The notes under the pieces are model-generated. The model was not told where the DNA came from, did not search any database, and saw only the letters and a program-made list of their open reading frames with translations. Below are positions 40,801-53,239 of a stretch of DNA of 64,000 nucleotides, in pieces. Origin of the DNA: Auanema rhodensis (Eukaryota > Animalia > Nematoda). The DNA lies in assembly GCA_964057225.1 (NCBI GenBank), contig OZ059895.1:22506001-22570000 (forward strand), in the 5' to 3' direction. The translations under genes were made by a program, and so were the position numbers. The stretch's first letter is position 1. Every line of letters starts with the position of its first letter.

Positions 40801-42310
40801 GTCGATCTGTGTTATCAGATTTGCGCTAGCTTAAAAATGCACCGAGATATCAACTGATATAAGTTCACACTTATATCCTCGATTTTCACCCTGAAGAATT
40901 AATTTTTTCGTTGAATAACAATGTCCATCGTCTTTGTCTTGAAAAAAGGAATCTAAAAACATATACTTTTTGCTAAATTATTTTGAAATTTTTCGAAAAA
41001 AGTTTTGTCAAAATGTTTTTGGAAGCAATGTTGAGTGTACATGGAAACTCAACATACACTAATGCATCATTTTTCAAACGATCATAACTAATTTTTGTAT
41101 TGAGCGTTTCTCAATGTAGTATAGTGCATTCGATGCGGATTTTTAAGCTGCGTCGATCTGTGTTATCAGATTTGCGCTAGCTTAAAAATGCACCGAGATA
41201 TCAACTGATATAAGTTCACACTTATATCCTCGATTTTCACCCTGAAGAATTAATTTTTTCGTTGAATAACCTTGTCCATCGTCTTTGCCTTGAAAAAAAA
41301 AATCTGAAAACATCTACTTTTTGCTAAATTATTTTGAAATTTTTCGAAAAAATTTTTGTCAAAATGTTTTTGGAAGCAATGTTGAGTGTACATGGAAACT
41401 CAACATACACTAATGCATCATTTTTCAAACGATCATAACTAATTTCTGTATTGAGCGTTTCTCAATGTAGTATAGTGCATTCGATGCGGATTTTTAAGCT
41501 GCGTCGATCTGTATTATCAGATTTGCGCTAGCTTAAAAATGCACCGAGATATCAACTGATATAAGTTCACACTTATATCCTCGATTTTCACCCTGAAGAA
41601 TTAATTTTTTCGTTGAATAACATTGTCCATCGTCTTTGCCTTGAAGAAAGAATCTGAAAACATCTACTTTTTGCTAAATTATTTTGAAATTTTTCGAAAA
41701 AATTTTTGTCAAAATGTTTTTGGAAGCAATGTTGAGTGTACATGGAAACTCAACATACACTAATGCATCATTTTTCAAACGATCATAACTAATTTTTGTA
41801 TTGAGCGTTTCTCAATGTAGTATAGTGCATTCGATGCGGATTTTTAAGCTGCGTCGATCTGTGTTATCAGATTTGCGCTAGCTTAAAAATGCACCGAGAT
41901 ATCAACTGATATAAGTTCACACTTATATCCTCGATTTTCACCCTGAAGAATTAATTTTTTCGTTGAATAACCTTGTCCATCGTCTTTGCCTTGAAAAAAA
42001 AAATCTGAAAACATCTACTTTTTGCTAAATTATTTTGAAATTTTTCGAAAAAATTTTTGTCAAAATGTTTTTGGAAGCAATGTTGAGTGTACATGGAAAC
42101 TCAACATACACTAATGCATCATTTTTCAAACGATCATAACTAATTTTTGTATTAATCGTTTCTCAATGTAGTATAGTGCATTCGATGCGGATTTTTAAGC
42201 TGCGTCGATCTGTATTATCAGATTTGCGCTAGCTTAAAAATGCACCGAGATATCAACTGATATAAGTTCACACTTATATCCTCGATTTTCACCCTGAAGA
42301 ATTAATTTTT
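31830..42310. repeat. Tandem 15-monomer (5262-bp) duplication in the 351-bp array
   Basis: The ORF pairs 32654/37916 and 34759/40021 are both offset 5262. The rare variants TCAATTGATA, GAAGCATTG, CGATTATAAC, GTAATAAGC and GCCTTAAAA recur at the same offset. Ends are approximate. Confidence 0.9.
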
Positions 42311-45300
42311 TCGTTGAATAACATTGTCCATCGTCTTTGCCTTGAAGAAAGAATCTGAAAACATCTACTTTTTGCTAAATTATTTTGAAATTTTTCGAAA
42401 AAATTTTTGTCAAAATGTTTTTGGAAGCAATGTTGAGTGTACATGGAAACTCAACATACACTAATGCATCATTTTTCAAACGATCATAACTAATTTTTGT
42501 ATTGAGCGTTTCTCAATGTAGTATAGTGCATTCGATGCGGATTTTTGAGCTGCGTCGATCTGTGTTATCAGATTTGCGCTAGCTTGAAAATGCACCGAGA
42601 TATCAACTGATATAAGTTCACACTTATATCCTCGATTTTCACCCTGAAGAATTAATTTTTTCGTTGAATAACATTGTCCATCGTCTCTGCCTTGAAAAAA
42701 GGAATCTAAAAACATCTACTTTTTGCTAAATTTTTTTGAAATTTTTCGAAAAAATTTTTGTCAAAATGTTTTTGGAAGCAATGTTGAGTGTACATGGAAA
42801 CTCAACATACACTAATGCATCATTTTTCAAACGATCATAACTAATTTTTGTATTAAGCGTTTCTCAATGTAGTATAGTGCATTCGATGCGGATTTTTGAG
42901 CTGCGTCGATCTGTGTTATCAGATTTGCGCTAGCTTGAAAATGCACCGAGATATCAACTGATATAAGTTCACACTTATATCCTCGATTTTCACCCTGAAG
43001 AATTAATTTTTTCGTTGAATAACATTGTCCATCGTCTTTGCCTTGAAAAAAGGAATCTAAAAACATATACTTTTTGCTAAATTATTCTGAAATTTTTCGA
43101 AAAAATTTTTGTCAAAATGTTTTTGGAAGCAATGTTGAGTGTACATGGAAACTCAACATACACTAATGCATCATTTTGCAAACGATCATAACTAATTTCT
43201 GTATTGAGCGTTTCTCAATGTAGTATAGTGCATTCGATGCGGATTTTTAAGCTGCGTCGATCTGTGTTTTCAGATTTGCGCTAGCTTAAAAATGCACCGA
43301 GATATCAACTGATATAAGTTCACACTTACATCCTCGATTTTCACCCTGAAGAATTAATTTTTCCGTTGAATAACATTGTCCATCGTCTTTGCCTTGAAAA
43401 AAAAATCTGAAAACATCTACTTTTTGCTAAATTATTTTGAAATTTTTCGAAAAAATTTTTGTCAAAATGTTTTTGGAAGCAATGTTGAGTGTACATGGAA
43501 ACTCAACATACACTAATGCATCATTTTGCAAACGATCATAACTAATTTCTGTATTGAGCGTTTCTCAATGTAGTATAGTGCATTCGATGCGGATTTTTAA
43601 GCTGCGTCGATCTGTGTTTTCAGATTTGCGCTAGCTTAAAAATGCACCGAGATATCAACTTATATAAGTTCACACTTACATCCTCGATTTTCACCCTGAA
43701 GAATTAATTTTTCCGTTGAATAACATTGTCCATCGTCTTTGCCTTGAAAAAAAAAATCTGAAAACATCTACTTTTTGCTAAATTATTTTGAAATTTTTCG
43801 AAAAAATTTTTGTCAAAATGTTTTTGGAAGCAATGTTGAGTGTACATGGAAACTCAACATACACTAATGCATCATTTTTCAAACGATCATAACTAATTTT
43901 TGTATTGAGCGTTTCTCAATGTAGTATAGTGCATTCGATGCGGATTTTTAAGCTGCGTCGATCTGTGTTATCAGATTTGCGCTAGCTTAAAAATGCACCG
44001 AGATATCAACTGATATAAGTTCACACTTATATCCTCGATTTTCACCCTGAAGAATTAATTTTTTCGTTGAATAACAATGTCCATCGTCTTTGTCTTGAAA
44101 AAAGGAATCTAAAAACATATACTTTTTGCTAAATTATTTTGAAATTTTTCGAAAAAAGTTTTGTCAAAATGTTTTTGGAAGCAATGTTGAGTGTACATGG
44201 AAACTCAACATACACTAATGCATCATTTTTCAAACGATCATAACTAATTTTTGTATTGAGCGTTTCTCAATGTAGTATAGTGCATTCGATGCGGATTTTT
44301 AAGCTGCGTCGATCTGTGTTATCAGATTTGCGCTAGCTTAAAAATGCACCGAGATATCAACTGATATAAGTTCACACTTATATCCTCGATTTTCACCCTG
44401 AAGAATTAATTTTTTCGTTGAATAACCTTGTCCATCGTCTTTGCCTTGAAAAAAAAAATCTGAAAACATCTACTTTTTGCTAAATTATTTTGAAATTTTT
44501 CGAAAAAATTTTTGTCAAAATGTTTTTGGAAGCAATGTTGAGTGTACATGGAAACTCAACATACACTAATGCATCATTTTTCAAACGATCATAACTAATT
44601 TTTGTATTAATCGTTTCTCAATGTAGTATAGTGCATTCGATGCGGATTTTTAAGCTGCGTCGATCTGTATTATCAGATTTGCGCTAGCTTAAAAATGCAC
44701 CGAGATATCAACTGATATAAGTTCACACTTATATCCTCGATTTTCACCCTGAAGAATTAATTTTTTCGTTGAATAACATTGTCCATCGTCTTTGCCTTGA
44801 AGAAAGAATCTGAAAACATCTACTTTTTGCTAAATTATTTTGGAATTTTTCGAAAAAATTTTTGTCAAAATGTTTTTGGAAGCAATGTTGAGTGTACATG
44901 GAAACTCAACATACACTAATTCATCATTTTTCAAACGATCATAACTAATTTTTGTATTGAGCGTTTCTCAATGTAGTATAGTGCATTCGATGCGAATTTT
45001 TAAGCTGCGTCGATCTGTGTTATCAGATTTGCGCTAGCTTGAAAATGCACCGAGATATCAACTGATATAAGTTCACACTTATATCCTCGATTTTCACCCT
45101 GAAGAATTAATTTTTTCGTTGAATAACATTGTCCATCGTCTTTGCCTTGAAAAAAGGAATCTAAAAACATCTACTTTTTGCTAAATTTTTTTGAAATTTT
45201 TCGAAAAAATTTTTGTCAAAATGTTTTTGGAAGCAATGTTGAGTGTACATGGAAACTCAACATACACTAATGCATCATTTTTCAAACGATCATAACTAAT

Positions 45301-48300
45301 TTTTGTATTAAGCGTTTCTCAATGTAGTATAGTGCATTCGATGCGGATTTTTGAGCTGCGTCGATCTGTGTTATCAGATTTGCGCTAGCTTGAAAATGCA
45401 CCGAGATATCAACTGATATAAGTTCACACTTATATCCTCGATTTTCACCCTGAAGAATTAATTTTTTCGTTGAATAACATTGTCCATCGTCTTTGCCTTG
45501 AAAAAAGGAATCTAAAAACATATACTTTTTGCTAAATTATTCTGAAATTTTTCGAAAAAATTTTTGTCAAAATGTTTTTGGAAGCAATGTTGAGTGTACA
45601 TGGAAACTCAACATACACTAATGCATCATTTTGCAAACGATCATAACTAATTTCTGTATTGAGCGTTTCTCAATGTAGTATAGTGCATTCGATGCGGATT
45701 TTTAAGCTGCGTCGATCTGTGTTTTCAGATTTGCGCTAGCTTAAAAATGCACCGAGATATCAACTGATATAAGTTCACACTTACATCCTCGATTTTCACC
45801 CTGAAGAATTAATTTTTCCGTTGAATAACATTGTCCATCGTCTTTGCCTTGAAAAAAAAATCTGAAAACATCTACTTTTTGCTAAATTATTTTGAAATTT
45901 TTCGAAAAAATTTTTGTCAAAATGTTTTTGGAAGCAATGTTGAGTGTACATGGAAACTCAACATACACTAATGCATCATTTTGCAAACGATCATAACTAA
46001 TTTCTGTATTGAGCGTTTCTCAATGTAGTATAGTGCATTCGATGCGAATTTTTAAGCTGCGTCGATCTGTGTTATCAGATTTGCGCTAGCTTGAAAATGC
46101 ACCGAGATATCAACTGATATAAGTTCACACTTATATCCTCGATTTTCACCCTGAAGAATTAATTTTTTCGTTGAATAACATTGTCCATCGTCTTTGCCTT
46201 GAAAAAAGGAATCTAAAAACATCTACTTTTTGCTAAATTTTTTTGAAATTTTTCGAAAAAATTTTTGTCAAAATGTTTTTGGAAGCAATGTTGAGTGTAC
46301 ATGGAAACTCAACATACACTAATGCATCATTTTTCAAACGATCATAACTAATTTTTGTATTAAGCGTTTCTCAATGTAGTATAGTGCATTCGATGCGGAT
46401 TTTTGAGCTGCGTCGATCTGTGTTATCAGATTTGCGCTAGCTTGAAAATGCACCGAGATATCAACTGATATAAGTTCACACTTATATCCTCGATTTTCAC
46501 CCTGAAGAATTAATTTTTTCGTTGAATAACATTGTCCATCGTCTTTGCCTTGAAAAAAGGAATCTAAAAACATATACTTTTTGCTAAATTATTCTGAAAT
46601 TTTTCGAAAAAATTTTTGTCAAAATGTTTTTGGAAGCAATGTTGAGTGTACATGGAAACTCAACATACACTAATGCATCATTTTGCAAACGATCATAACT
46701 AATTTCTGTATTGAGCGTTTCTCAATGTAGTATAGTGCATTCGATGCGGATTTTTAAGCTGCGTCGATCTGTGTTTTCAGATTTGCGCTAGCTTAAAAAT
46801 GCACCGAGATATCAACTGATATAAGTTCACACTTACATCCTCGATTTTCACCCTGAAGAATTAATTTTTCCGTTGAATAACATTGTCCATCGTCTTTGCC
46901 TTGAAAAAAAAATCTGAAAACATCTACTTTTTGCTAAATTATTTTGAAATTTTTCGAAAAAATTTTTGTCAAAATGTTTTTGGAAGCAATGTTGAGTGTA
47001 CATGGAAACTCAACATACACTAATGCATCATTTTGCAAACGATCATAACTAATTTCTGTATTGAGCGTTTCTCAATGTAGTATAGTGCATTCGATGCGGA
47101 TTTTTAAGCTGCGTCGATCTGTGTTTTCAGATTTGCGCTAGCTTAAAAATGCACCGAGATATCAACTTATATAAGTTCACACTTACATCCTCGATTTTCA
47201 CCCTGAAGAATTAATTTTTCCGTTGAATAACATTGTCCATCGTCTTTGCCTTGAAAAAAAAAATCTGAAAACATCTACTTTTTGCTAAATTATTTTGAAA
47301 TTTTTCGAAAAAATTTTTGTCAAAATGTTTTTGGAAGCAATGTTGAGTGTACATGGAAACTCAACATACACTAATGCATCATTTTTCAAACGATCATAAC
47401 TAATTTTTGTATTGAGCGTTTCTCAATGTAGTATAGTGCATTCGATGCGGATTTTTAAGCTGCGTCGATCTGTGTTATCAGATTTGCGCTAGCTTAAAAA
47501 TGCACCGAGATATCAACTGATATAAGTTCACACTTATATCCTCGATTTTCACCCTGAAGAATTAATTTTTTCGTTGAATAACAATGTCCATCGTCTTTGC
47601 CTTGAAAAAAAAAATCTGAAAACATCTACTTTTTGCTAAATTATTTTGAAATTTTTCGAAAAAATTTTTGTCAAAATGTTTTTGGAAGCAATGTTGAGTG
47701 TACATGGAAACTCAACATACACTAATGCATCATTTTTCAAACGATTATAACTAATTTTTGTATTGAGCGTTTCTCAATGTAGTATAGTGCATTCGATGCG
47801 GATTTTTAAGCTGCGTCGATCTGTGTTATCAGATTTGCGCTAGCTTAAAAATGCACCAAGATATCAACTGATATAAGTTCACACTTATATCCTCGATTTT
47901 CACCCTGAAGAATTAATTTTTTCGTTGAATAACATTGTCCATCGTCTTTGCCTTGAAAAAAAAATCTGAAAACATCTACTTTTTGCTAAATTATTTTGAA
48001 ATTTTTCGAAAAAATTTTTGTCAAAATGTTTTTGGAAGCAATGTTGAGTGTACATGGAAACTCAACATACACTAATGCATCATTTTGCAAACGATCATAA
48101 CTAATTTCTGTATTGAGCGTTTTTCAATGTAGTATAGTGCATTCGATGCGGATTTTTAAGCTGCGTCGATCTGTGTTTTCAGATTTGCGCTAGCTTAAAA
48201 ATGCAACGAGATATCAACCGATATAAGTTCACACTTACATCCTCGATTTTCACCCTGAAGAATTAATTTTTCCGTTGAATAACATTGTCCATCGTCTTTG

Positions 48301-48752
48301 CCTTGAAAAAAAAAATCTGAAAACATCTACTTTTTGCTAAATTATTTTGAAATTTTTCGAAAAAATTTTTGTCAAAATGTTTTTGGAAGCAATGTTGAGT
48401 GTACATGGAAACTCAACATACACTAATGCATCATTTTGCAAACGATCATAACTAATTTCTGTATTGAGCGTTTCTCAATGTAGTATAGTGCATTCGATGC
48501 GGATTTTTAAGCTGCGTCGATCTGTGTTTTCAGATTTGCGCTAGCTTAAAAATGCACCGAGATATCAACTGATATAAGTTCACACTTACATCCTCGATTT
48601 TCACCCTGAAGAATTAATTTTTCCGTTGAATAACATTGTCCATCGTCTTTGCCTTGAAAAAAAAAATCTGAAAACATCTACTTTTTGCTAAATTATTTTG
48701 AAATTTTTCGAAAAAATTTTTGTCAAAATGTTTTTGGAAGCAATGTTGAGTG

Positions 48753-48876
48753 GAATAACATTGTCCATCGTCTTTGCCTTGAAAAAAAAATCTGAAAACA
48801 TCTACTTTTTGCTAAATTATTTTGAAATTTTTCGAAAAAATTTTTGTCAAAATGTTTTTGGAAGCAATGTTGAGTG
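48753..48876. repeat. Truncated 124-bp monomer (partial tandem duplication), copy 1
   Basis: A novel join ATGTTGAGTG|GAATAACATT occurs at 48752/48753, and the segment repeats 48628-48752. Confidence 0.95.
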
Positions 48877-50630
48877 TACATGGAAACTCAACATACACTA
48901 ATGCATCATTTTTCAAACGATCATAACTAATTTTTGTATTAAGCGTTTCTCAATGTAGTATAGTGCATTCGATGCGGATTTTTAAGCTGCGTCGATCTGT
49001 GTTATCAGATTTGCGCTAGCTTAAAAATGCACCGAGATATCAACTGATATAAGTTCACACTTATATCCTCGATTTTCACCCTGAAGAATTAATTTTTTCG
49101 TTGAATAACAATGTCCATCGTCTTTGCCTTGAAAAAAAAAATCTGAAAACATCTACTTTTTGCTAAATTATTTTGAAATTTTTCGAAAAAATTTTTGTCA
49201 AAATGTTTTTGGAAGCAATGTTGAGTGTACATGGAAACTCAACATACACTAATGCATCATTTTTCAAACGATCATAACTAATTTTTGTATTGAGCGTTTC
49301 TCAATGTAGTATAGTGCATTCGATGCGGATTTTTAAGCTGCGTCGATCTGTGTTATCAGATTTGCGCTAGCTTAAAAATGCACCAAGATATCAACTGATA
49401 TAAGTTCACACTTATATCCTCGATTTTCACCCTGAAGAATTAATTTTTTCGTTGAATAACATTGTCCATCGTCTTTGCCTTGAAAAAAAAAATCTGAAAA
49501 CATCTACTTTTTGCTTAATTATTTTGAAATTTTTCGAAAAAATTTTTGTCAAAATGTTTTTGGAAGCAATGTTGAGTGTACATGGAAACTCAACATACAC
49601 TAATGCATCATTTTTCAAACGATCATAACTAATTTTTGTATCAAGCGTTTCTCAATGTAGTATAGTGCATTCGATGCGGATTTTTAAGCTGCGTCGATCT
49701 GTGTTATCAGATTTGCGCTAGCTTAAAAATGCACCGAGATATCAACTGATATAAGTTCACACTTATATCCTCGATTTTCACCCTGAAGAATTAATTTTTT
49801 CGTTGAATAACATTGTCCATCGTCTTTGCCTTGAAAAAAAAATCTGAAAACATCTACTTTTTGCTAAATTATTTTGAAATTTTTCGAAAAAATTTTTGTC
49901 AAAATGTTTTTGGAAGCAATGTTGAGTGTACATGGAAACTCAACATACACTAATGCATCATTTTGCAAACGATCATAACTAATTTCTGTATTGAGCGTTT
50001 TTCAATGTAGTATAGTGCATTCGATGCGGATTTTTAAGCTGCGTCGATCTGTGTTTTCAGATTTGCGCTAGCTTAAAAATGCACCGAGATATCAACTGAT
50101 ATAAGTTCACACTTACATCCTCGATTTTCACCCTGAAGAATTAATTTTTCCGTTGAATAACATTGTCCATCGTCTTTGCCTTGAAAAAAAAAATCTGAAA
50201 ACATCTACTTTTTGCTAAATTATTTTGAAATTTTTCGAAAAAATTTTTGTCAAAATGTTTTTGGAAGCAATGTTGAGTGTACATGGAAACTCAACATACA
50301 CTAATGCATCATTTTGCAAACGATCATAACTAATTTCTGTATTGAGCGTTTCTCAATGTAGTATAGTGCATTCGATGCGGATTTTTAAGCTGCGTCGATC
50401 TGTGTTTTCAGATTTGCGCTAGCTTAAAAATGCACCGAGATATCAACTGATATAAGTTCACACTTACATCCTCGATTTTCACCCTGAAGAATTAATTTTT
50501 CCGTTGAATAACATTGTCCATCGTCTTTGCCTTGAAAAAAAAAATCTGAAAACATCTACTTTTTGCTAAATTATTTTGAAATTTTTCGAAAAAATTTTTG
50601 TCAAAATGTTTTTGGAAGCAATGTTGAGTG

Positions 50631-50754
50631 GAATAACATTGTCCATCGTCTTTGCCTTGAAAAAAAAATCTGAAAACATCTACTTTTTGCTAAATTATTT
50701 TGAAATTTTTCGAAAAAATTTTTGTCAAAATGTTTTTGGAAGCAATGTTGAGTG
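50631..50754. repeat. Truncated 124-bp monomer, copy 2
   Basis: The same join occurs at 50630/50631, 1878 bp downstream of copy 1. Confidence 0.95.
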
Positions 50755-53239
50755 TACATGGAAACTCAACATACACTAATGCATCATTTTTCAAACGATC
50801 ATAACTAATTTTTGTATTAAGCGTTTCTCAATGTAGTATAGTGCATTCGATGCGGATTTTTAAGCTGCGTCGATCTGTGTTATCAGATTTGCGCTAGCTT
50901 AAAAATGCACCGAGATATCAACTGATATAAGTTCACACTTATATCCTCGATTTTCACCCTGAAGAATTAATTTTTTCGTTGAATAACAATGTCCATCGTC
51001 TTTGCCTTGAAAAAAAAAATCTGAAAACATCTACTTTTTGCTAAATTATTTTGAAATTTTTCGAAAAAATTTTTGTCAAAATGTTTTTGGAAGCAATGTT
51101 GAGTGTACATGGAAACTCAACATACACTAATGCATCATTTTTCAAACGATCATAACTAATTTTTGTATCAAGCGTTTCTCAATGTAGTATAGTGCATTCG
51201 ATGCGGATTTTTAAGCTGCGTCGATCTGTGTTATCAGATTTGCGCTAGCTTAAAAATGCACCGAGATATCAACTGATATAAGTTCACACTTATATCCTCG
51301 ATTTTCACCCTGAAGAATTAATTTTTTCGTTGAATAACAATGTCCATCGTCTTTGCCTTGAAAAAAGGAATCTAAAAACATATACTTTTTGCTAAATTAT
51401 TTTGAAATTTTTCGAAAAAATTTTTGTCAAAATGTTTTTGGAAGCAATGTTGAGTGTACATGGAAACTCAACATACACTAATGCATCATTTTGCAAACGA
51501 TCATAACTAATTTCTGTATTGAGCGTTTCTCAATGTAGTATAGTGCATTCGATGCGGATTTTTAAGCTGCGTCGATCTGTGTTTTCAGATTTGCGCTAGC
51601 TTAAAAATGCACCGAGATATCAACTGATATAAGTTCACACTTACATCCTCGATTTTCACCCTGAAGAATTAATTTTTCCGTTGAATAACATTGTCCATCG
51701 TCTTTGCCTTGAAAAAAAAATCTGAAAACATCTACTTTTTGCTAAATTATTTTGAAATTTTTCGAAAAAATTTTTGTCAAAATGTTTTTGGAAGCAATGT
51801 TGAAAGTACATGGAAACTCAACATACACTAATGCATCATTTTGCAAACGATCATAACTAATTTCTGTATTGAGCGTTTCTCAATGTAGTATAGTGCATTC
51901 GATGCGGATTTTTAAGCTGCGTCGATCTGTGTTATCAGATTTGCGCTAGCTTAAAAATGCACCAAGATATCAACTGATATAAGTTCACACTTATATCCTC
52001 GATTTTCACCCTGAAGAATTAATTTTTTCGTTGAATAACATTGTCCATCGTCTTTGCCTTGATAAAAGGATTCTAAAAACATCTACTTTTTGCTAAATTA
52101 TTCTGAAATTTTTCGAAAAAATTTTTGTCAAAATGTTTTTGGAAGCAATGTTGAGTGTACATGGAAACTCAACATACACTAATGCATCATTTTGCAAACG
52201 ATCATAACTAATTTCTGTATTGAGCGTTTCTCAATGTAGTATAGTGCATTCGATGCGGATTTTTAAGCTGCGTCGATCTGTGTTTTCAGATTTGCGCTAG
52301 CTTAAAAATGCACCGAGATATCAACTGATATAAGTTCACACTTACATCCTCGATTTTCACCCTGAAGAATTAATTTTTCCGTTGAATAACATTGTCCATC
52401 GTCTTTGCCTTGAAAAAAAAAATCTGAAAACATCTACTTTTTGCTAAATTATTTTGAAATTTTTCGAAAAAATTTTTGTCAAAATGTTTTTGGAAGCAAT
52501 GTTGAGTGTACATGGAAACTCAACATACACTAATGCATCATTTTGCAAACGATCATAACTAATTTTTGTATTGAGCGTTTTTCAATGTAGTATAGTGCAT
52601 TCGATGCGGATTTTTAAGCTGCGTCGATCTGTGTTTTCAGATTTGCGCTAGCTTAAAAATGCACCGAGATATCAACTGATATAAGTTCACACTTACATCC
52701 TCGATTTTCACCCTGAAGAATTAATTTTTCCGTTGAATAACATTGTCCATCGTCTTTGCCTTGAAAAAAAAAATCTGAAAACATCTACTTTTTGCTAAAT
52801 TATTTTGAAATTTTTCGAAAAAATTTTTGTCAAAATGTTTTCGGAAGCAATGTTGAGTGTACATGGAAACTCAACATACACTAATGCATCATTTTGCAAA
52901 CGATCATAACTAATTTCTGTATTGAGCGTTTCTCAATGTAGTATAGTGCATTCGATGCGGATTTTTAAGCTGCGTCGATCTGTGTTTTCAGATTTGCGCT
53001 AGCTTAAAAATGCACCGAGATATCAACTGATATAAGTTCACACTTACATCCTCGATTTTCACCCTGAAGAATTAATTTTTCCGTTGAATAACATTGTCCA
53101 TCGTCTTTGCCTTGAAAAAAAAAATCTGAAAACATCTACTTTTTGCTAAATTATTTTGAAATTTTTCGAAAAAATTTTTGTCAAAATGTTTTTGGAAGCA
53201 ATGTTGAGTGTACATGGAAACTCAACATACACTAATGCA

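Noticed and set aside
32654-46573. Eight near-identical 79-aa minus-strand ORFs (MFLDSFFQG...)
   Set aside because: Each lies within one 351-bp monomer. It is open only where two A>G SNPs convert minus-strand TAA stops to CAA, and the other ~119 monomers are interrupted. There is no recognisable domain or gene context.
48698-50779. Two 67-aa plus-strand ORFs
   Set aside because: They are created by the 124-bp partial duplication join, start at TTG, and have low-complexity F/K/N content from A/T tracts.
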